Shown: one piece after another, positions 36,042-45,341 of the stretch
How positions within the stretch are numbered: position 1 is the stretch's first letter
How the letters are laid out: every line of letters begins with the position of its first letter
NCBI GenBank assembly: GCA_964372485.1
Contig: CAYJQI010000001.1
Coordinates: 192,001 to 256,000, forward strand
DNA from: an uncultured archaeon
GTDB lineage: Archaea; Aenigmatarchaeota; Aenigmatarchaeia; CG10238-14; SCSR01
Reading direction: 5' to 3'
DNA: 64,000 nt
Program-made: the position numbers and the translations under genes
The notes under the pieces: model-generated
What the model was told of the DNA's origin: nothing
Database searches by the model: none
Seen by the model: the letters and a program-made list of their open reading frames with translations, nothing else

Positions 36042-38252
36042 ATGAAAGTCGATGAGTTAGTATCACATGGTATACCTCAGAAGTATATCGACAAGATTAA
36101 AGAAGACAAAGTTACTGATCTGTATCCACCGCAAGCCGAGATAATAAAGAAAGGGTTGTTCAAAGAAAGAAATCTTATTCTATCTTTGCCTACTGCAAGC
36201 GGAAAAACATTGATTGCAACAATGGCTATGATTCACAAACTTGTTGAAAATCATCAATTCAAAGTAGTTTATATTGCTCCACTTGTTGCACTTGCGAATG
36301 AAAAGTATCAATATTTTAAAAAATTCTTTGACAAAGATTACAAAGTTGCGATAAGTGTGGGAGATCTAGATTCATCCGATCCACGATTGGTTGATAATGA
36401 TGTTATTTGTGTTACAACTGAAAAACTAGACAGTCTTCTACGTCATAATGTTCCATGGGTTAACAAAATCGGACTTGTAGTTGTCGATGAGATTCATTTA
36501 TTGAATGATCCATCCAGAGGACCAACATTGGAAATACTTATAACAAAATTAATGAAACTTGCACCGCGTGCACAGATACTTGGGTTATCCGCAACAATCA
36601 GTAATGCGGATGAACTTGCAAAATGGTTGAATGCCGCTTTAGTTGTTAGTGATTTTCGTCCAGTAAAACTTTACGAAGGAGTTTATTTCGATTCTAAAAT
36701 TCATTTCGAAGAAAAGGATGGATATGAATTGGATGATAAATCAGAATCTGAAAATTCTATTATTGACAACACACTAGATTTGAATAAACAATCTTTGGTA
36801 TTTACTTCTACAAGAAAAAATGCTGAAAGTTTAGCGGAAAGATTATGTAGAACAGTTAAATTCAAGTTAAAAACGGAAGAAAATTCTCAATTGAAAAAAC
36901 TTTCTAATGAAATAGAAAATGTTTTAGACTATCCCACACAACAATGTAAGAAATTATCAAAATGTATTGAAAATGGTGTTGCATTTCATCATGCGGGATT
37001 ATTGGGAGAACAAAAAAGATTGATTGAAAGCAATTTTAGAAATGGGATTATAAAAACTATAGTTGCAACACCAACACTCGCAATGGGTGTAAATTTACCA
37101 GCTTTCAGAGTTGTTGTTCGAGATTATAAAAGATATTATCAAGGTCAAGGATCTAGTTTTATCCCTATATTAGAATACAAACAGTTCATTGGTAGGGCTG
37201 GACGACCACAATATGATCAATTTGGAGAATCTATTTTGTTAGCTAAATCAGAAAATGATGCGAGAGATTTAATTAAACATTTCATTTACGGCCAACCAGA
37301 AGATATAACATCTAAACTTGCACTAGAACCTGTATTGAGAATGCATACACTTGCTTTGATCGCGAGTGAATTTTGTAATTCGGAAGAAGCTCTTTTTGAA
37401 TTCTTCAGTAGAACATTCTATGCCCATCATTATGGCGATATAGATCTCATACGTGAGAAACTTTACGATATTCTTAATTTACTTGTAGAATGGGGGTTCA
37501 TAACCAATCATAATGGTCGATTAGTGGCTACGAGAATAGGTAAAAGAATTTCAGAAATGTATATCGATCCTCTTACAGCTTATGGATTTTTGTCAGGTTT
37601 GAAAAAACATTCAGAAAAACAATTGACACCATTCAGTTTTTTACAATTAATGTCCAACTCGCTTGAAATGAAACCATTAGTTTCTGTAAGGGCGAATGAG
37701 AAACTTGAGTTTGAAGAATTTATTTTACAACGCAATAGACAAATTCTACAAGAACTTCCTGAAGAATTTGATTTGGAGTTCGATGAATTCCTAGATTCTA
37801 TCAAAACAGCTTTAATGTTTGAAAGATGGATTAGTGAAACAACTGAAGATCAAATACTTGCAAAATTCAACATGGCACCTGGTGAATTGTATAATAAAAT
37901 ATTGTTAATGGATTGGTTGACATATGCTTTACATGAACTTGCATTGTTGAGCGGGTATAAAGTTTTGTTACCTGATATAAGAAAATTGCGAATTAGATTA
38001 AAGTATGGAATTAGTGAGGAGTTGATACCTCTTGTTAAATTGAAAGGTATTGGAAGAGCACGTGCAAGGAAATTATATAAAGCAGGTTTAATTTCATTAG
38101 AAAAATTACGTGAAATACCATTTGAAAAGTTGTCACAAGTTATTGGAACTACAATCGCCAAAGATATTAAGAATCAATTGGGTAGGACAGTAGATGCGTT
38201 ACAGGATAAACAATCTAATCTAAAATCTTCTCAAGACGGCTCTTCCTTATAA
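36042..38252 (+). CDS. hel308: Ski2-like/Hel308 superfamily-2 DNA helicase
   Basis: LYPPQAE..PTASGKT (motif I)..VVDEIHLL (DEIH)..LSATISN..FHHAGL..VATPTLAMGVNLPA..IGRAGRPQYD, plus C-terminal HhH LKGIGRARARKLY. Confidence 0.9.
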   Translation: MKVDELVSHGIPQKYIDKIKEDKVTDLYPPQAEIIKKGLFKERNLILSLPTASGKTLIATMAMIHKLVENHQFKVVYIAPLVALANEKYQYFKKFFDKDYKVAISVGDLDSSDPRLVDNDVICVTTEKLDSLLRHNVPWVNKIGLVVVDEIHLLNDPSRGPTLEILITKLMKLAPRAQILGLSATISNADELAKWLNAALVVSDFRPVKLYEGVYFDSKIHFEEKDGYELDDKSESENSIIDNTLDLNKQSLVFTSTRKNAESLAERLCRTVKFKLKTEENSQLKKLSNEIENVLDYPTQQCKKLSKCIENGVAFHHAGLLGEQKRLIESNFRNGIIKTIVATPTLAMGVNLPAFRVVVRDYKRYYQGQGSSFIPILEYKQFIGRAGRPQYDQFGESILLAKSENDARDLIKHFIYGQPEDITSKLALEPVLRMHTLALIASEFCNSEEALFEFFSRTFYAHHYGDIDLIREKLYDILNLLVEWGFITNHNGRLVATRIGKRISEMYIDPLTAYGFLSGLKKHSEKQLTPFSFLQLMSNSLEMKPLVSVRANEKLEFEEFILQRNRQILQELPEEFDLEFDEFLDSIKTALMFERWISETTEDQILAKFNMAPGELYNKILLMDWLTYALHELALLSGYKVLLPDIRKLRIRLKYGISEELIPLVKLKGIGRARARKLYKAGLISLEKLREIPFEKLSQVIGTTIAKDIKNQLGRTVDALQDKQSNLKSSQDGSSL

Positions 38253-38727
38253 ATTCGTGTATACTTTTGTAGTTTGTGTATGTAAAATAACCAACAAATA
38301 TGCCTATAACTCCACCTACCATGATGTCTTCCCATCTATGCAACCCCAGGAAAATTCTCGATAATGAAACAAGAATAGCCAATGAAATGAATGTAAAATC
38401 AAACTTTCTTTTATTGGAGTAAAGTAATGCTACAGTCATAGCAGCAAATATTATTGCCGCATGTCCACTAGGAAATGAGAAATCATTTAAACAATATTCT
38501 AAACCTAAACAAGGTCGTTGTATCTGGAAGAGATTTTTTGTTATGTTTACTAAACCCCAACTAATGACGATGGCTGGTAATACACCAAAAATAAACCAAT
38601 TGAAATAAAATTTTATTTTCCTGGGAAGTACCATGTTAAAAATTAACGATATAGTGACAGCCCCTATCCAAAAATATATGTCACCAAAAATTGATATCGT
38701 TTTCCAGAAAACTAGCCAACCTTCCAT
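38215..38727 (-). CDS. PAP2-family membrane phosphatase
   Basis: KNLFQIQRP..SFPSGHAA..SRIFLGLHRWEDIMVG (KxxxxxxRP / PSGH / SRxxxxxHxxxD). Confidence 0.8.
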   Translation of the reverse strand: MEGWLVFWKTISIFGDIYFWIGAVTISLIFNMVLPRKIKFYFNWFIFGVLPAIVISWGLVNITKNLFQIQRPCLGLEYCLNDFSFPSGHAAIIFAAMTVALLYSNKRKFDFTFISLAILVSLSRIFLGLHRWEDIMVGGVIGIFVGYFTYTNYKSIHEFIRKSRLEKILD

Positions 38728-38750
38728 AAGAATATTATTTGATATATATT

Positions 38751-39518
38751 TTAATTATGTCTAGGTGAGCCTAGAAAATCAACTAAGGGAAAGTGGTTTT
38801 CTGGAGTGTATAAGTGAAATCCATTTACACCCATTTTAGGCGATTTGTTCGACACGTATATACCAAGATACGGAATTTTGAATTCTCTACAAGCTTTGGT
38901 AAACCCAATATCCTCTTCTGAGTCACCTTTTACAATAACAGTAGTTGGGGTATATTTTCTCAAAACTTCTTTTGTCACGTCCTCTTTATTTTTAATATAT
39001 GTGTACATTTCATCTGTATTCAGAATTTCGGCGAAAGTATTGACAATTTCGGGGATATTTCTAGTTATTCTTGTCTTTATGGCGTGTGGAAGTAATTGAT
39101 AGAATTCAACGACACCCTCAAATAGCATAGATTTAGCATATTCCTTTGTAAATTTTTGGGATAACTCTTCTCTTCGCTTTGGGTCAGATAAGAATTTTTC
39201 TACAAATAAATACCACCTATCTGATTGGGCCAATTTGCCTTTTATCATACCGTGAAAAATAGTTCCTACAAACCATTCAAGATATGCGGGTCCGTATCTA
39301 ATAAAATTTTTAGGATCAAATGCAACAACCTTTGCTGGAGATTTGCAGTCTGAATCGTCAGTATCTCCAATAAACAAGTTTGCTTGTGTTACAAAAGATT
39401 TTATATCCTCTCTTACATTATCTGAATCTAGATCGCCAAAATCTTGCCTAAATAGATCACTGTCTAATTTTAAAAGGCCATCTCTACTTTCATGTACTAC
39501 TTCTAACTTCGAATTCAT
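38751..39518 (-). CDS. Hypothetical protein (weak HAD-like features)
   Basis: FIGDTDDSD near the N-terminal third and VKGDSEEDIG near the C-terminus resemble HAD motifs I and IV. Otherwise no recognisable family. Confidence 0.3.
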   Translation of the reverse strand: MNSKLEVVHESRDGLLKLDSDLFRQDFGDLDSDNVREDIKSFVTQANLFIGDTDDSDCKSPAKVVAFDPKNFIRYGPAYLEWFVGTIFHGMIKGKLAQSDRWYLFVEKFLSDPKRREELSQKFTKEYAKSMLFEGVVEFYQLLPHAIKTRITRNIPEIVNTFAEILNTDEMYTYIKNKEDVTKEVLRKYTPTTVIVKGDSEEDIGFTKACREFKIPYLGIYVSNKSPKMGVNGFHLYTPENHFPLVDFLGSPRHN

Positions 39519-39620
39519 ACTAAGTTGATAAAAAGTAAACTATTAGAATATATCACGGATCACTGGATTGAATGAGAATCATCGTGTGCCTAGTATTCTA
39601 ACCAAGTTAAACTACGACCC

Positions 39621-40367
39621 CTAGACTTTTCTTGCAAACGTTAACCATCCGGTATGCATCAATCCCATAGTCTTAGGTCTTGTAGTTCTCTCAGTTTGCC
39701 ATTCCCTTACTATATTCTCAACAGTTTTAATTTCCGAAAACTTTTCCTTCCTTAAAATTTTTATTATTTTCATTACATGCTCCATTGTTGGTGAATAAAC
39801 CACTATCCATCCACCAACATTCAATGGTTTTTGTGATTTTCTAATAACTTTTTCTGGATTTTGAAGGTCGAGAGTTATCAAATCAACATTTTTCTCATCT
39901 ATGCCTTTGTATATATCCTTATTTTTTAATTTCAGATTTGTCAATCCAGCTAATTTTATATTTTCTTTAGCATTTTCAACAAATCTCCGATCTTTTTCAT
40001 ATGTCACAACTTTACCATCTGATAAATAATGTGCAAGAAATATTGACAGATATCCAGTACCAGTTCCTGCATCTACAACTGAACTATCAGTGGATATACC
40101 GGTATATCCGATTATCATACTTGCATCTTTTGGTAAAATTACTTGTGCAGTTCTTTTCATCTTCGAAAATAAATCCAAAAGAGTAGGTTTAGCAATTACA
40201 AATTCTTTTCCTAAATGAGTTTTGATTTTACTCCCATAAGATTTCCCAATTATTTTTTTCAAATCTATTATTCCACTCTTCACGTTAAATTTTTCTTTAG
40301 AAGATTTTACAATATAAGTTTCATCCTTTCCCAACAATAGCACTGGATCATTTAGTTTTACTTTCAT
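39621..40367 (-). CDS. trmI: tRNA (adenine-N1)-methyltransferase TrmI/Gcd14 family
   Basis: VVDAGTGTGYLSIFLA (SAM motif I) and a Gcd14-type N-terminal beta domain (DPVLLLGKDETYIVK). The ATG at 40367 is preferred. Confidence 0.75.
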   Translation of the reverse strand: MKVKLNDPVLLLGKDETYIVKSSKEKFNVKSGIIDLKKIIGKSYGSKIKTHLGKEFVIAKPTLLDLFSKMKRTAQVILPKDASMIIGYTGISTDSSVVDAGTGTGYLSIFLAHYLSDGKVVTYEKDRRFVENAKENIKLAGLTNLKLKNKDIYKGIDEKNVDLITLDLQNPEKVIRKSQKPLNVGGWIVVYSPTMEHVMKIIKILRKEKFSEIKTVENIVREWQTERTTRPKTMGLMHTGWLTFARKV

Positions 40368-41310
40368 GACCTTTCTCCATTTCAAGTAAAGCTCGTATTC
40401 TTTTAAAAGTTAGGGGATGTGTTCTGAAAAATTCTCCAATTCTTACGAACATATTTCTTTTTTCCCATTCGATAGCTTTTCTTATTTCACTATCAGTAAC
40501 ATCTAAATCGGAATATTCATTTGAAAAATGAGAAATTTCTAAAGTTGATGTTATAGGATCTGCGATGTAAAATGCTCTCAACGGATCTTTAGAACTTTCC
40601 TTCGTGGTTCCCAGTCCATATGTTATTTTTGCCAATGCAGATGCAAGAAGTTTAGGTTTGTATATTCTACCTCCAAAATCATCTGCATAATATTCTCGGA
40701 GTCTTGATAATGCAAGGACAAGAAGATTTGATATAAAGTAAACTAAATACGCACCAATTCCAATCAATATTGCCATGCCAGCATTTTTCCTATCACTATC
40801 TCTTGAATACGTTAAACTAATCGCAAGATAATATGCGATAACAGGAACAACACTCGCCAAAGTCATAACAACCATATCACGGTGTTTTATGTGGCCAAGT
40901 TCATGTGCGATTACAGCTTTCACTTCTTCTTTTGTTAATGTATTTAATAATCCTTGAGTTACGACCAAATTCGCTGAACCTGGAGTTCTACCAAAAACAA
41001 ATGCATTTGGTGTTCCCATTCTTGCTAATGCAATCTTCTTAGGGAAAGGTACTTTGTTCTTTTTAGAAAATTCTTCTACTGCTTCCCAAATCCATGGATA
41101 TTCTTTTCTTTCAAGTGGTCTCATGTTAGTTGTCATCCAAATTATCCACGGTCCAACTAACCATTGAATAAATGTAAGCCCTAAAGCTATGATTAACATT
41201 GTAAGTGTGGAAAAATCCAAATAGAATCCTACTGCAGCAAGTAATCCAAATATTAATCCGAATAACAATATCATCGTCAAACTCATGCCCATTACTAATC
41301 CTAACGCCAT
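40348..41310 (-). CDS. htpX: M48-family membrane zinc protease HtpX
   Basis: HELGHIKHRD (HExxH) and four TM segments. Also MGTPNAFVFG and EYYAD. Confidence 0.85.
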   Translation of the reverse strand: MALGLVMGMSLTMILLFGLIFGLLAAVGFYLDFSTLTMLIIALGLTFIQWLVGPWIIWMTTNMRPLERKEYPWIWEAVEEFSKKNKVPFPKKIALARMGTPNAFVFGRTPGSANLVVTQGLLNTLTKEEVKAVIAHELGHIKHRDMVVMTLASVVPVIAYYLAISLTYSRDSDRKNAGMAILIGIGAYLVYFISNLLVLALSRLREYYADDFGGRIYKPKLLASALAKITYGLGTTKESSKDPLRAFYIADPITSTLEISHFSNEYSDLDVTDSEIRKAIEWEKRNMFVRIGEFFRTHPLTFKRIRALLEMEKGHESKTK

Positions 41311-41332
41311 GTTAACAACTCATTACTCATTT

Positions 41333-42217
41333 TTAAATTTTAATAACTCCTGATATTTTTTCTATCAGATCAGTTGGTAATACACTTTCTCCATATTCTT
41401 TGGCAGCGGTCTCTCCTGCTTTTCCATTAATGAAGGTTGCAGCCCATCCAGCAGTAAATGTATCTATACCTCTAGATAATAATGCACCAGCAATTCCTGT
41501 TAAAGTATCTCCAAATCCACCCTTGCTCATGAAAGGGGTTCCCGTATCGTTCAAAACAAGATCCTTACCATTTGATATTACATCAATGTTCCCTTTCAAT
41601 GCAATTGCTATAGGTGGATATAATGGACAGGTGTTATCTTTACCGCAATTTATTTTGTATGCATTCTTTCTGACGGCATTTATCCTATCTTTGATATTTT
41701 CTGAAACTTGGACTCCAGTTAATTCTAAAAATTCATTTGCGTGCGGTGTCATCAAGATTTTTTTCATCTTTAACTCGTCTCTAATCGCGCTAACTGCTCT
41801 TATACCATCTGCATCTAGCAACATTGGTATTTTTATCTGGTTTACAAGCATGTTGATTGCTTTTCGTGTTTCATCAATCCTCCATAATCCTGGTCCAATT
41901 ACAACTGCAGTAGCTCGCGAGCTTTCAATTAATGTTAAGATTTTACTTACATGACTTTCGTTCAAATAATCTCCTTTAAGGGGTTTTGTTATCAGTTCTG
42001 GTGCATAATTTGCTGCAATGTTCATTGCTCTTTGAGGTCCTGTCAGATATACAAGATCGCATCCTGCACGATATGCAGACATTCCAACAAAAACTGGAGA
42101 TCCTGTATGAATATGACTACCTGAAACCACTACCAGCTTGCCAAACTGGCCTTTATGTGACCATGGTTTTCTCTTCTTGTATATCCCTTTCAGGATAGTT
42201 TTTGACGTGTATCTCAT
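41333..42217 (-). CDS. nnrD: ADP-dependent NAD(P)H-hydrate dehydratase (YjeF C-terminal/carbohydrate-kinase family)
   Basis: SHKGQFGKLVVVSGS..YTGSPVFVGMSAYRAGCDLV..LLDADG..MTPHANEF..GGFGDTLTGIAGALL. Confidence 0.8.
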   Translation of the reverse strand: MRYTSKTILKGIYKKRKPWSHKGQFGKLVVVSGSHIHTGSPVFVGMSAYRAGCDLVYLTGPQRAMNIAANYAPELITKPLKGDYLNESHVSKILTLIESSRATAVVIGPGLWRIDETRKAINMLVNQIKIPMLLDADGIRAVSAIRDELKMKKILMTPHANEFLELTGVQVSENIKDRINAVRKNAYKINCGKDNTCPLYPPIAIALKGNIDVISNGKDLVLNDTGTPFMSKGGFGDTLTGIAGALLSRGIDTFTAGWAATFINGKAGETAAKEYGESVLPTDLIEKISGVIKI

Positions 42218-42251
42218 GATTTAATAAAGGTTATTTCTAAAATTAAACACT

Positions 42252-43283
42252 ATGCAAGCCTATCTAGTGAGAACTCTTATAGGGGTATTCGCCGTAGACG
42301 AGAAGAAACGTATAGTTTCATTCAAACCTTTTGCTCGAGATCCTATTGTTATAGCTGACAAAATGTCTGAGAGTGAACCAAAAGAGTATGCTCAATTAAA
42401 AAGTGAGTTGAAAGATTTTTCGTTTGTTCAGCCTTCTAAGGAAATCGAATCATTTGTAAATCAAAATTTATACAAGTATGCTATCGAATACAAACTAGTA
42501 AAAAATCAAATCGAATTCAACCAATTCCTAACAAAAGTTAATTCTGAATTGGCAAAACAAAAAATAAAACAATCCACCGGCAGAGATAACATCATTATTC
42601 ACGTAAATAATGCTATTGAGGAATTGGACAAGTCAATTAATATTTCCATGGAAAGAATTCGAGAGTGGTATTCGTTACATTTTCCAGAAATGGATAGAAT
42701 GATAGACAATCATGAAAATTATGTTAAACTTATTGAGAAATTTGGCAATAGGAAAAATTTTGATGACAAAGTATTGAATCAATTCAAAGAAAGAAGTTCC
42801 GGAATTGATTTTACAGATGAAGATATTGAATATGTGAAAACATTTGCAGCTAGTATAACTAAAATGTACGAACTACGTGAATCACTTTCAAAATATCTTA
42901 GTAATTTGTTGAGAGAGATTGCACCTAACTTTTCTGCTTTGGCAGGAGATGTTATTGCATCAAAACTTATATCCAAGTCAGGAGGACTGGAAAGATTATC
43001 GAGAATGCCATCATCCACTATACAATTACTAGGATCTGAAAAGGCTCTATTTAGATTTTTAAAATCTCGGGGGCGATCAAAGAGTCCAAAGTTTGGTTTA
43101 ATTTACAATCATCCATTAATTCAAAATTCACCTGCGCATAAACAAGGAAAACTTGCAAGATTGCTTGCATCTAAATTATCAATTGCAGCTAGAATCGATT
43201 ATTTTTCTAAGGAATATAAAGCTGATCAAATGAAAAAGGAATTGGAAACTAAATCAAGAGAAATTCTTTCCGCAAAGGAATAA
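42252..43283 (+). CDS. nop5: C/D box sRNP core protein Nop5 (Nop56/58)
   Basis: REWYSLHFPE..APNFSALAGDVIASKLISKSGGLERLSRMPSSTIQLLGSEKALFR..PKFGLIYNHPLI. Confidence 0.9.
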   Translation: MQAYLVRTLIGVFAVDEKKRIVSFKPFARDPIVIADKMSESEPKEYAQLKSELKDFSFVQPSKEIESFVNQNLYKYAIEYKLVKNQIEFNQFLTKVNSELAKQKIKQSTGRDNIIIHVNNAIEELDKSINISMERIREWYSLHFPEMDRMIDNHENYVKLIEKFGNRKNFDDKVLNQFKERSSGIDFTDEDIEYVKTFAASITKMYELRESLSKYLSNLLREIAPNFSALAGDVIASKLISKSGGLERLSRMPSSTIQLLGSEKALFRFLKSRGRSKSPKFGLIYNHPLIQNSPAHKQGKLARLLASKLSIAARIDYFSKEYKADQMKKELETKSREILSAKE

Positions 43284-43284
43284 T

Positions 43285-43953
43285 ATGCCAATTCAAAAGA
43301 CAAAGTTTGAGGGAGTCTTCAAACTAAATGGAAAATTCTGTACAAAAAATCTAACTCCAGGTCAGAAGGCATATTCTGAGGAACTAGTAAAGGAAAAAAA
43401 TATTGAATATAGAATCTGGGATTTTTGGAGAAGTAAACCTGCAGCTGCATTCAAGAATGGATTGAGACAATTCCCTCTAACAAAAAATATGAACATACTT
43501 TATCTTGGAATAGCGAATGGTACAACTGCATCTCATTTTTCTGATATAATTGAAAAGGAGGGTCTGATATATGGGGTGGAAATAAGCGAAAGACCCTTCA
43601 GAGAGTTATTTCCTATTGCAGAAAAGAGAGGAAATATAGTTCCTATCCTTGCAAATGCACGTAAACCAGAAGATTATGAGAATATTGTTTTAGGAAAAGT
43701 AGATTTAGTATATCAAGATGTTGCAAGTGACGATCAAGTAGAGATTCTAGTTAGAAATTCTAAGAAATTCCTACAAAAAAATGGATTGGCAATGATAGCC
43801 ATCAAGTCACAGTCGATAGATGTCACAAAATCACCACATCAGGTTTATGTAGAGTGCTTGAAGGAATTGGAAAAACATTTCACGATTCTAGACAAGATAG
43901 AATTAGACCCATATGAGAAATTTCATATGTTTGTTGTAATGAAACTACGTTAA
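43285..43953 (+). CDS. flpA: Fibrillarin-like rRNA/tRNA 2'-O-methyltransferase
   Basis: YRIWDFWRSKPAAA..ILYLGIANGTTASHFSDI..IYGVEIS.R..NIVPILANARKPEDY..VDLVYQDVA. Starts 1 nt after nop5. Confidence 0.9.
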   Translation: MPIQKTKFEGVFKLNGKFCTKNLTPGQKAYSEELVKEKNIEYRIWDFWRSKPAAAFKNGLRQFPLTKNMNILYLGIANGTTASHFSDIIEKEGLIYGVEISERPFRELFPIAEKRGNIVPILANARKPEDYENIVLGKVDLVYQDVASDDQVEILVRNSKKFLQKNGLAMIAIKSQSIDVTKSPHQVYVECLKELEKHFTILDKIELDPYEKFHMFVVMKLR

Positions 43954-44020
43954 TAGCCCCTCTTAACTTTCTTTAATTTTGCAGCAATCAGTCTAATCCA
44001 GGTCTTTGTCTTCATTTGTA

Positions 44021-44155
44021 TCACCGGCCCCCAACTTTAGGAATGTGTAGCCATTCGATTGTAGGTCTTTTCGCGTTTGTTAACACAGATCCGCATTCTC
44101 CACACGAGAATTTATCCTCGTTGAACATTAGATCACATTCTGTACACATTCTCAT
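44021..44155 (-). CDS. Mini zinc-ribbon protein, 44 aa (below the ORF-track cutoff)
   Basis: Manual translation gives MRMCTECDLMFNEDKFSCGECGSVLTNAKRPTIEWLHIPKVGGR (CxxC-x10-CxxC). Starts 4 nt after the stop of the upstream mini zinc-ribbon gene. Confidence 0.45.
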   Translation of the reverse strand: MRMCTECDLMFNEDKFSCGECGSVLTNAKRPTIEWLHIPKVGGR

Positions 44156-44159
44156 TTTT

Positions 44160-44297
44160 TCACCTGAAGCAATTTACACACGCCACGTACCCTTTCTTTT
44201 CTATTATGCTCGCTAAAGTTGTCTCGCCGTTGCATGCTGGACACATTACTGCATTTTTTGGGAATTTTTCTATCATAAGCATGGGTTTTATATTCAT
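44160..44297 (-). CDS. Mini zinc-ribbon protein, 45 aa, paralogue of 45000..45158
   Basis: From the internal Met: MNIKPMLMIEKFPKNAVMCPACNGETTLASIIEKKGYVACVNCFR (CxxC-x17-CxxC). The longer track ORF (to 44390) would overlap the divergent lrp start. Confidence 0.5.
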   Translation of the reverse strand: MNIKPMLMIEKFPKNAVMCPACNGETTLASIIEKKGYVACVNCFR

Positions 44298-44359
44298 TTT
44301 TCTCTGAAAAACAGAAAGCAAAGGACATTTAAATATATTCCGCTCTAATAAATGTATAT

Positions 44360-44884
44360 ATGTCGAAAGAAAATCTAAAGTATAATACAATTGTCCATAA
44401 AGGTGACGTAAAATCTAAATCAAACTCTGAACAAACGTCTATCGATGAAATTGATACAAAAATTCTGAAAGTTTTGAACTGGAATGCAAGACTATCTTAT
44501 CGTGAGATTGCACGTCAAACAAAATTATCAACTGGAACAGTGATATCCCGATTGAAAAAGCTACAAAAATCAGGTGTCATAGTTGGGTACTGTGTACAAA
44601 TCGATTCTAAGAAACTTGGATACACCTTAGGTGCAATAATAGAGGTAATTGCCGCAAAAAGTATGTTCCTAGAAGCATCTCGGAAGATCTCGTCTTATCA
44701 CAATGTATCTGGAGTTTATGCAGTTTCAGGTGATATAGATGCAATTGTTATTGCCAAGTTCAAAGATTCTGATCATTTGAACGATTTTCTGAGAGAATTG
44801 AACAAAGATCCTGACGTTATACGAACCGGAACTCATATTGTGCTAAAGGAGATAAAAGAAGAGCCAAGATTTATTTTAGATTAG
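44360..44884 (+). CDS. Lrp/AsnC-family transcriptional regulator
   Basis: IDEIDTKILKVLNWNARLSYREIARQTKLSTGTVISRLKKLQKSGVIVGY (HTH) plus a C-terminal RAM/ACT-like domain (GDIDAIVIAKFKDSDHLNDFL). Confidence 0.85.
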   Translation: MSKENLKYNTIVHKGDVKSKSNSEQTSIDEIDTKILKVLNWNARLSYREIARQTKLSTGTVISRLKKLQKSGVIVGYCVQIDSKKLGYTLGAIIEVIAAKSMFLEASRKISSYHNVSGVYAVSGDIDAIVIAKFKDSDHLNDFLRELNKDPDVIRTGTHIVLKEIKEEPRFILD

Positions 44885-44999
44885 AGATAATTGCGAATTT
44901 TTCAGATAAAATGGAGAAAGAGAGAAGTCGGAGAACTTTTGTTTGATCGGAATCCTCCAAGGGGTTAGTTCTCCAACTTCGGTTGATCGGCCAAAAGGG

Positions 45000-45158
45000 C
45001 TATGAACATTTTACACAGCGTATATTTCCACCTTGCTCGATAATTTCACTAATATTTACTTCTCTAGTGCATGACGGACATTCAAAAGCCACCTTAGGTC
45101 CTGATGGTTCTACCTCGTATGACCTTACTTGCATTGAGGGTAATTTTTTGAATTCCAT
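45000..45158 (-). CDS. Mini zinc-ribbon protein, 52 aa (below the ORF-track cutoff)
   Basis: Manual translation gives MEFKKLPSMQVRSYEVEPSGPKVAFECPSCTREVNISEIIEQGGNIRCVKCS. From the first Cys it aligns position-for-position with 44160..44297 (CP.C..E....IIE..G...CV.C). Confidence 0.5.
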   Translation of the reverse strand: MEFKKLPSMQVRSYEVEPSGPKVAFECPSCTREVNISEIIEQGGNIRCVKCS

Positions 45159-45341
45159 TTTTATCTAATGAGGAATTAGAAAACATCTTTATAAGGAACT
45201 TTTATAATGAAATTTGTAGTATTCATCGTATCTAGTGGGAAACCGTAAAACATTTATATATGTTTTTATAAGAAATTTAATACTATTATAGAAATATTTA
45301 TAATATCTGTAGCTATTTTATAATTATTTTGAAGTGATTGT

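Noticed and set aside
38215-38252. A 38-bp convergent overlap of the hel308 and PAP2 3' ends (and an 8-bp overlap of the PRC-barrel and kae1 genes at 35010..35017).
   Set aside because: Both partners have complete family motifs up to their ends. Such overlaps fit the extreme compaction of this genome and need no special explanation.
44016-44216. Plus-strand 66-aa ORF (MYHRPPTLGMCSH..), and similarly 44983..45168 (+).
   Set aside because: Both are antisense to better candidates. The minus strand encodes compact CxxC..CxxC zinc-ribbon proteins with sensible starts, two of which are mutually paralogous. The plus-strand products have no motif.
44298-44390. Longer version of the minus-strand zinc-ribbon ORF starting at 44390 (MYYTLDFLSTYI..).
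   Set aside because: It would overlap the divergent lrp start (44360) and remove any promoter space. The internal Met at 44297 gives a 45-aa protein colinear with its paralogue.
44925-44980. Inverted repeat GGAGAAC..(30 nt)..GTTCTCC and duplicated TTGATCGG between the convergent lrp and zinc-ribbon genes, a possible ncRNA.
   Set aside because: It is most simply a bidirectional terminator or structure between convergent genes. There is no C/D-box, H/ACA or other RNA-family signature.
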